30,075 nt of DNA from a virus (lineage: Duplodnaviria; Heunggongvirae; Uroviricota; Caudoviricetes). The translations under genes and the position numbers were made by a program. Positions 25,486-30,075 of this stretch are shown here, piece after piece. The notes beneath the pieces are model-generated. The model worked only from the letters and a program-made list of their open reading frames with translations. It searched no databases and had not been told where the DNA came from. The stretch lies in the IMG/VR virus record IMGVR_UViG_2563366969_000005. One strand, 5' to 3'. The stretch's first letter is position 1; every line of letters starts with the position of its first letter.

Positions 25486-25821
25486 ATGGCAAAAGCACCA
25501 CGTAAAACCGCTGAATTTGTTGATATGGCTGGCAATGAAATTGACACCGTAAACCCGAACGTCGTGACCCTCGACAAGCCGATTAAGCGCGCCGGTCAGA
25601 CGATAGATAAAGTCACACTGATTGAGCCGAACGCCGGTACCCTGCGCGGTGTCAGTCTGGCAGCGGTGGCGCAGTCCGAAGTCGATGCGCTGATTAAGGT
25701 ATTGCCACGCATGACCTACCCCGCGCTTACGGCGCAGGAGCTTACCGCAATGAACCTGCCCGATATGCTGTCGCTGGCCGCTAAGGTGATTGGTTTTTTG
25801 TCACCGGCTTCGGCGGAGTAG
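25486..25821 (+). CDS. E: Tail assembly chaperone gpE (zero-frame product)
   Basis: 111-aa ORF upstream of the tape-measure gene. Contains a slippery run near its 3' end. Confidence 0.85.
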   Translation: MAKAPRKTAEFVDMAGNEIDTVNPNVVTLDKPIKRAGQTIDKVTLIEPNAGTLRGVSLAAVAQSEVDALIKVLPRMTYPALTAQELTAMNLPDMLSLAAKVIGFLSPASAE

Positions 25822-25973
25822 ATTTCCCGCCCGACCTGTCGACCGATGACCTGATGGCGGATATCGCGGTGATATTCCACTGGCCGCTATCAGAGCTCTA
25901 TTCCCTGAGCCTGACCGAGCTCATCACATGGCGCGAAAAGGCGCTGCAGCGTAGCGGACACCACAATGAGTAA
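25486..25973 (+). CDS. E': gpE+E' frameshift fusion product (-1 shift at 25794-25800)
   Basis: Hand translation of the -1 frame after the slippery site gives ...VTGFGGVDFPPDLSTDDLMADIAVIFHWPLSELYSLSLTELITWREKALQRSGHHNE, ending at TAA 25971-25973. This is the conserved arrangement upstream of tape-measure genes. Confidence 0.6.
25794..25800 (+). other. Programmed -1 frameshift slippery heptamer (T TTT TTG) of the E/E' tail chaperone pair
   Basis: tttttttg lies 21 nt before the E stop. The -1 frame stays open from here to a TAA at 25971-25973, which overlaps the T start codon. Confidence 0.7.
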
Positions 25974-28410
25974 TAACCTGAGACTTGAGGTTTTGCTGAA
26001 AGCGGTCGACCAGGCGACCCGACCGCTTAAATCCATCCAGACCGCGAGTAAAACCCTGTCGGGCGATATTCGCGACACACAAAAAGGGCTGCGTGACCTG
26101 AACGGGCAGGCCGCGAAAATTGACGGTTTTCGCAAAACCAGCGCTCAACTGGCCGTAACCGGCCAGTCGCTGGAGAAGGCAAAGCGCGAGGCTGAAGCGC
26201 TTGCCACGCAATTCAAAAATACTGAGCGCCCGACGCGAGCGCAGGCACAGGTGCTCGAATCCGCAAAACGTGCCGCCGAGGGGCTGCAGATTAAATACAA
26301 CAGCCTCACCGAGTCGGTTAAACGCCAGCAACGCGAGCTGGGTGCCGCCGGTATCAATACCCGCAATCTGGCAAACGATGAGCGGGGGCTTAAAACACGC
26401 ATCAGCGAGACGACGGCGCAGCTCAACCGGCAGCGTGAAGCATTGGCGAAGGTCAGCGCACAGCAGGCGCACCTAAACCGAGTGAAAGAGCGATATAAAT
26501 CGGGTAAGGAGCTTGCCGGTAACATGGCCGCTGCAGGTGCTGCCGGGGTCGGTATTGCGACAGCGGGAACGATGGCCGGGGTTAAATTGCTGATGCCCGG
26601 TTATGACTTTGCGCAAAAAAACTCCGAGCTGCAGGCCGTGCTTGGGGTCGATAAGCAGTCTCCAGAAATGCAGGCTCTACGCAAACAGGCGCGTCAGCTC
26701 GGCGATAACTCAGCGGCCTCAGCAGATGATGCCGCCGCCGCGCAGATTATTGTAGCCAAATCTGGCGCAGATAAAGACGGCATAGTGGCGCAAACACCGG
26801 CCATTCTGAATATGTCGCTGGCAAATAAAAAAACTATGGAGGAAAACGCCGCTTTGCTTATTGGCACCAAATCGGCATTCGGGCTCGCAGATGACAAGGC
26901 ATCGCATATAGCAGATGTCATATCGATGGCGATAAATAAAACACAGGCATCATTTGAGGGATTAAACGACTCACTTACATATGTTGGTCCAGTTGCCAAA
27001 GATGCCGGTGTCAGCCTAGAAGAAACCGCCGCGATGCTGGGTGCGCTACACGATGCAAAAATCATAGGTTCGATGGCAGGAACTGGTAGCCGAGCTGTTT
27101 TAAGTCGACTGCAGGCTCCAACTGGCAAAGCCTATGATGCCATTAAAGAGCTTGGCGTTAAGACGATGGATAAAAAAGGCAATACACGGCCAATCTTTAC
27201 CATCCTGAAAGAAATACAAGCCAGCTTTAAGCGCAACAACCTCGGTACAGGTCAAAAAGCCGAGTATATGAAAACGATATTCGGCGAGGAAGCCAGTTCC
27301 GCTGCAAGTGTGTTAATGGCCGCAGCGGCCAGTGGAAAACTGGATGAACTGACCAAGATAATTAAGGATTCTGACGGTAAAACCGAGGAATTGGTTAAGG
27401 TCATGCAGGATAACTTAGGTGGCGACTTCAAAGAGTTTCAATCCGCTTATGAGGCCGTCGGTACCGACCTCTACGACCAGCAAGATAGCTCATTGCGTCA
27501 GCTAACTCAGACAGCAACACGGTATGTGCTAAAGCTTGATGACTGGATCAAAGACAACAAGGAGTTAGCGGAAACTATCGGCATCATCGCCGGTGGTGCG
27601 CTGGCGCTGATTGGTATCATCGGCGGCATTGGTCTCGTTGCGTGGCCGGTTGTCATGGGGATTAATGCCATTATCGCCGCTGCTGGCGTGCTGGGTACGG
27701 TCTTTACTGTCGTCGGTAGTGCCATTGCGACAGCGCTCGGTGCGATTACCTGGCCGATAGTGGCCGTCGGTGCGGCGATTGTGGCGGGGGCGCTACTCAT
27801 CCGTAAATATTGGGAGCCCATCAGCGCATTTTTCTCGGGAGTGATTGAGGGCATCATGAGTGCCTTTGCCCCAGTCGGGGAAATGTTCGCTCCACTGGCT
27901 CCCATTTTTGATGGTCTCGGCGAGAAACTGCGCGGCGTCTGGCAGTGGTTTAAAGACCTGATAGCACCGGTTAAGGCCACGCAGGAAACGCTTGATAGCT
28001 GCAAAAATGTCGGCGTCATATTTGGTCAGGCACTGGCCTCTGCCTTGATGGCTCCGCTCAATGTTTTTAACAAGCTGCGCAGCGGTGTCGACTGGCTTCT
28101 CGAAAAGCTCGGCATCATCAACAAAGAGTCGGACAGCCTCGACCAGACCGCCGCCAAAACCAATGCCGCCACACAGGGTAATTCCTACATCCCGGCAACC
28201 AGCACATATGGCGGCTATCAGGCTTATCAGCCAGTTACCGCACCGGCGGGGCGCTCTTACATTGACCAGAGCAAAAGCGAATACAACATCAATCTGCCGG
28301 GAGGTGTTGCGCCGGGGCATCAGCTTGACAGACAACTACGCGACACGCTCGAACAGATTGAGCGCGATAAACGCGCCCGCCAGCGTGCCAACATGACCCA
28401 CGACTATTGA
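25966..28410 (+). CDS. T: Tail tape measure protein (P2 gpT-like)
   Basis: 814-aa ORF with an Ala/Gly-rich hydrophobic central segment, in the canonical position after E/E'. Confidence 0.9.
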   Translation: MSNNLRLEVLLKAVDQATRPLKSIQTASKTLSGDIRDTQKGLRDLNGQAAKIDGFRKTSAQLAVTGQSLEKAKREAEALATQFKNTERPTRAQAQVLESAKRAAEGLQIKYNSLTESVKRQQRELGAAGINTRNLANDERGLKTRISETTAQLNRQREALAKVSAQQAHLNRVKERYKSGKELAGNMAAAGAAGVGIATAGTMAGVKLLMPGYDFAQKNSELQAVLGVDKQSPEMQALRKQARQLGDNSAASADDAAAAQIIVAKSGADKDGIVAQTPAILNMSLANKKTMEENAALLIGTKSAFGLADDKASHIADVISMAINKTQASFEGLNDSLTYVGPVAKDAGVSLEETAAMLGALHDAKIIGSMAGTGSRAVLSRLQAPTGKAYDAIKELGVKTMDKKGNTRPIFTILKEIQASFKRNNLGTGQKAEYMKTIFGEEASSAASVLMAAAASGKLDELTKIIKDSDGKTEELVKVMQDNLGGDFKEFQSAYEAVGTDLYDQQDSSLRQLTQTATRYVLKLDDWIKDNKELAETIGIIAGGALALIGIIGGIGLVAWPVVMGINAIIAAAGVLGTVFTVVGSAIATALGAITWPIVAVGAAIVAGALLIRKYWEPISAFFSGVIEGIMSAFAPVGEMFAPLAPIFDGLGEKLRGVWQWFKDLIAPVKATQETLDSCKNVGVIFGQALASALMAPLNVFNKLRSGVDWLLEKLGIINKESDSLDQTAAKTNAATQGNSYIPATSTYGGYQAYQPVTAPAGRSYIDQSKSEYNINLPGGVAPGHQLDRQLRDTLEQIERDKRARQRANMTHDY

Positions 28411-28423
28411 GGGAGATTAAACG

Positions 28424-28909
28424 ATGATGCTTGCTCTCGGAATGTTTGTGTTTGAACTTCGCACCCTGCCTTACCAGTCGATGCAGCATTCGAAAGATTA
28501 TCGCTGGGTGTCCAATGACCGGGTGGGTAAACCACCTGCCTATCAGTTTCTTGGCGAGGGAGAAAATTCTATACAGCTTGCTGGTACGCTATACCCCGCT
28601 ATCACTGGCGGTTGGATCTCACTTAAGGCTGTAGAGGTGATGGCCAATGAAGGCAGAGCGTGGCCGTTGATAGAGGGAACCGGAAATATCCTCGGGATGT
28701 ATATCGTCGATAAAGTATCGACTACACGCACCGAGTTTTTCAGTGATGGTGCGGCCAGAAAGATTGATTTCACGCTTTCGCTAAAACGGGTTGATGAATC
28801 GCTGACAGAGATGTTTGGTGACCTGAATAAACAGGCCAGTGAGCTTCTCGGCTCTGCCGGTAATTTGACAGATAAACTGCAGGGTATGCCCGGAGGTTTC
28901 ACTGCATGA
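28424..28909 (+). CDS. U: Tail protein gpU-like
   Basis: 161-aa ORF after T. MMLALGMFVFELRTLPYQSMQHS... matches my recollection of P2 gpU. Confidence 0.88.
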   Translation: MMLALGMFVFELRTLPYQSMQHSKDYRWVSNDRVGKPPAYQFLGEGENSIQLAGTLYPAITGGWISLKAVEVMANEGRAWPLIEGTGNILGMYIVDKVSTTRTEFFSDGAARKIDFTLSLKRVDESLTEMFGDLNKQASELLGSAGNLTDKLQGMPGGFTA

Positions 28910-30075
28910 TAACGGGGATGGCAATTGACGCCGGTGCTAGCCTTGCACCGGCTTTTATGCTGACGCTGAACAGTCAGGACATTACCAGCAACTTCAGCGA
29001 CCGGCTGATTTCTCTCACCATGACGGACAATAGGGGCTTTGAAGCTGACCAGCTCGACATTGAGCTCGATGACACCGATGGGAAAGTCGAGTTACCCCTG
29101 CGCGGGGCAGTGCTGACGTTGTGGCTTGGCTGGCAGGGTTCGGCGCTGCTGAATAAGGGGGATTTTACGGTCGATGAGATTGAGCACCGGGGGGCTCCTG
29201 ATACCCTGACCATCCGGGCGCGCAGCGCGGACTTTCGCGGCACGCTAAATTCCAGGCGTGAAGAGTCATGGCACGACACCACCATCGGCGAACTGGTCAG
29301 TACCATCGCAAAGCGCAACAAACTGACGGCCAGCATTGCGGAATCGCTGAAAAAAATCCCGGTACCGCATATCGACCAGTCGCAGGAATCCGACGCGGTA
29401 TTTTTGAGTCGACTGGCTGACCGCAACGGGGCAACGGTATCGGTGAAGGCAGGGAAACTGTTGTTTCTGAAAGCCGGTAGTGCGATGACGGCCAGCGGCA
29501 AACCCGTCCCGCAAATGACGCTGACCCGCAGTGATGGTGACCGTCATCAGTTTGCCATTGCCGACCGTGGGGCTTATACCGGCGTCACTGCTAAATGGTT
29601 GCACACCAAAGACCCGAAGCCACAAAAGCAGAAAGTAACGCTGAAACGCAAGCCAAAAGAGAAGCACCTGCGCGCACTGGAACACCCAAAAGCAAAGCCG
29701 GTCAGCAAAAAGACAAAGGTCAAAAAAGAACAGGAAGCACGTGAGGGTGAGTACATGGCCGGTGAAGCCGATAACGTGCTGGCGCTGACGACGGTCTATG
29801 CCTCAAAGGCACAGGCGATGCGCGCCGCTCAGGCTAAGTGGGATAAACTGCAGCGAGGCGTTGCGGAGTTTTCAATCACACTGGCGCTAGGGCGAGCGGA
29901 TTTATTTCCTGAGACGCCTGTACGCGTGTCAGGCTTTAAGCGCGTCATAGACGAGCAGGCATGGTTAATCAGCAAGGTGACCCACAACCTCAATAATAAC
30001 GGTTTCACGACGGGCTTAGAGCTTGAGGTTAAACTCTCCGATGTGGAGTACAGCTCAGAAGAAAATGAGGAGTGA
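28906..30075 (+). CDS. D: Tail protein gpD-like (late control gene D)
   Basis: 389-aa ORF overlapping the U stop. It ends with TGA exactly at the window end, so the gene is complete. Canonical last gene of the tail operon. Confidence 0.88.
   Translation: MITGMAIDAGASLAPAFMLTLNSQDITSNFSDRLISLTMTDNRGFEADQLDIELDDTDGKVELPLRGAVLTLWLGWQGSALLNKGDFTVDEIEHRGAPDTLTIRARSADFRGTLNSRREESWHDTTIGELVSTIAKRNKLTASIAESLKKIPVPHIDQSQESDAVFLSRLADRNGATVSVKAGKLLFLKAGSAMTASGKPVPQMTLTRSDGDRHQFAIADRGAYTGVTAKWLHTKDPKPQKQKVTLKRKPKEKHLRALEHPKAKPVSKKTKVKKEQEAREGEYMAGEADNVLALTTVYASKAQAMRAAQAKWDKLQRGVAEFSITLALGRADLFPETPVRVSGFKRVIDEQAWLISKVTHNLNNNGFTTGLELEVKLSDVEYSSEENEE

Noticed and set aside
1-30075. CRISPR arrays, rRNA genes, insertion sequences or transposase genes
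   Set aside because: No regularly spaced direct repeats, rRNA-like sequence, terminal inverted repeats or transposase-like ORFs were seen. The only repeats are the two 69-bp elements in the SOS operon.

Overview
Almost the whole window is one integrated P2/186-family temperate myophage (Enterobacteriaceae type), running from the integrase (117-1157, minus strand) to the end of tail gene D (30075). The left junction, the late activator and attR lie outside the window. All protein identities are from reading the translations and from memory of P2/186 gene products; no database search was run. The early region is 186-like: a CI-type repressor with a duplicated HTH domain, a Cox/Apl-like gene, CII, TraR/DksA, the gpA replication initiator, a LexA-box-controlled DinI/Tum-like operon, and an internal cos site (8265-8283). 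The late region follows the canonical P2 order: Q P (minus), then O N M L X Y K lysB lysC R S, V W J I H G, FI FII E/E' T U D. Two visibly AT-rich cargo genes interrupt this backbone and are the best candidates for an undescribed accessory system. One is a 334-aa His-rich HExxH protein between cos and the portal gene (8503-9507), with its own sigma70-like promoter, in the A-to-Q region known as a defence hotspot in P2-like phages. The other is a two-TM pentapeptide-repeat protein (18434-19270/19315) inserted between S and V, next to a tRNA-like T-arm fragment. A small secreted protein sits between repressor and integrase, and the Z/fun hotspot between G and FI is empty. No CRISPR array, rRNA or intact tRNA gene was found.
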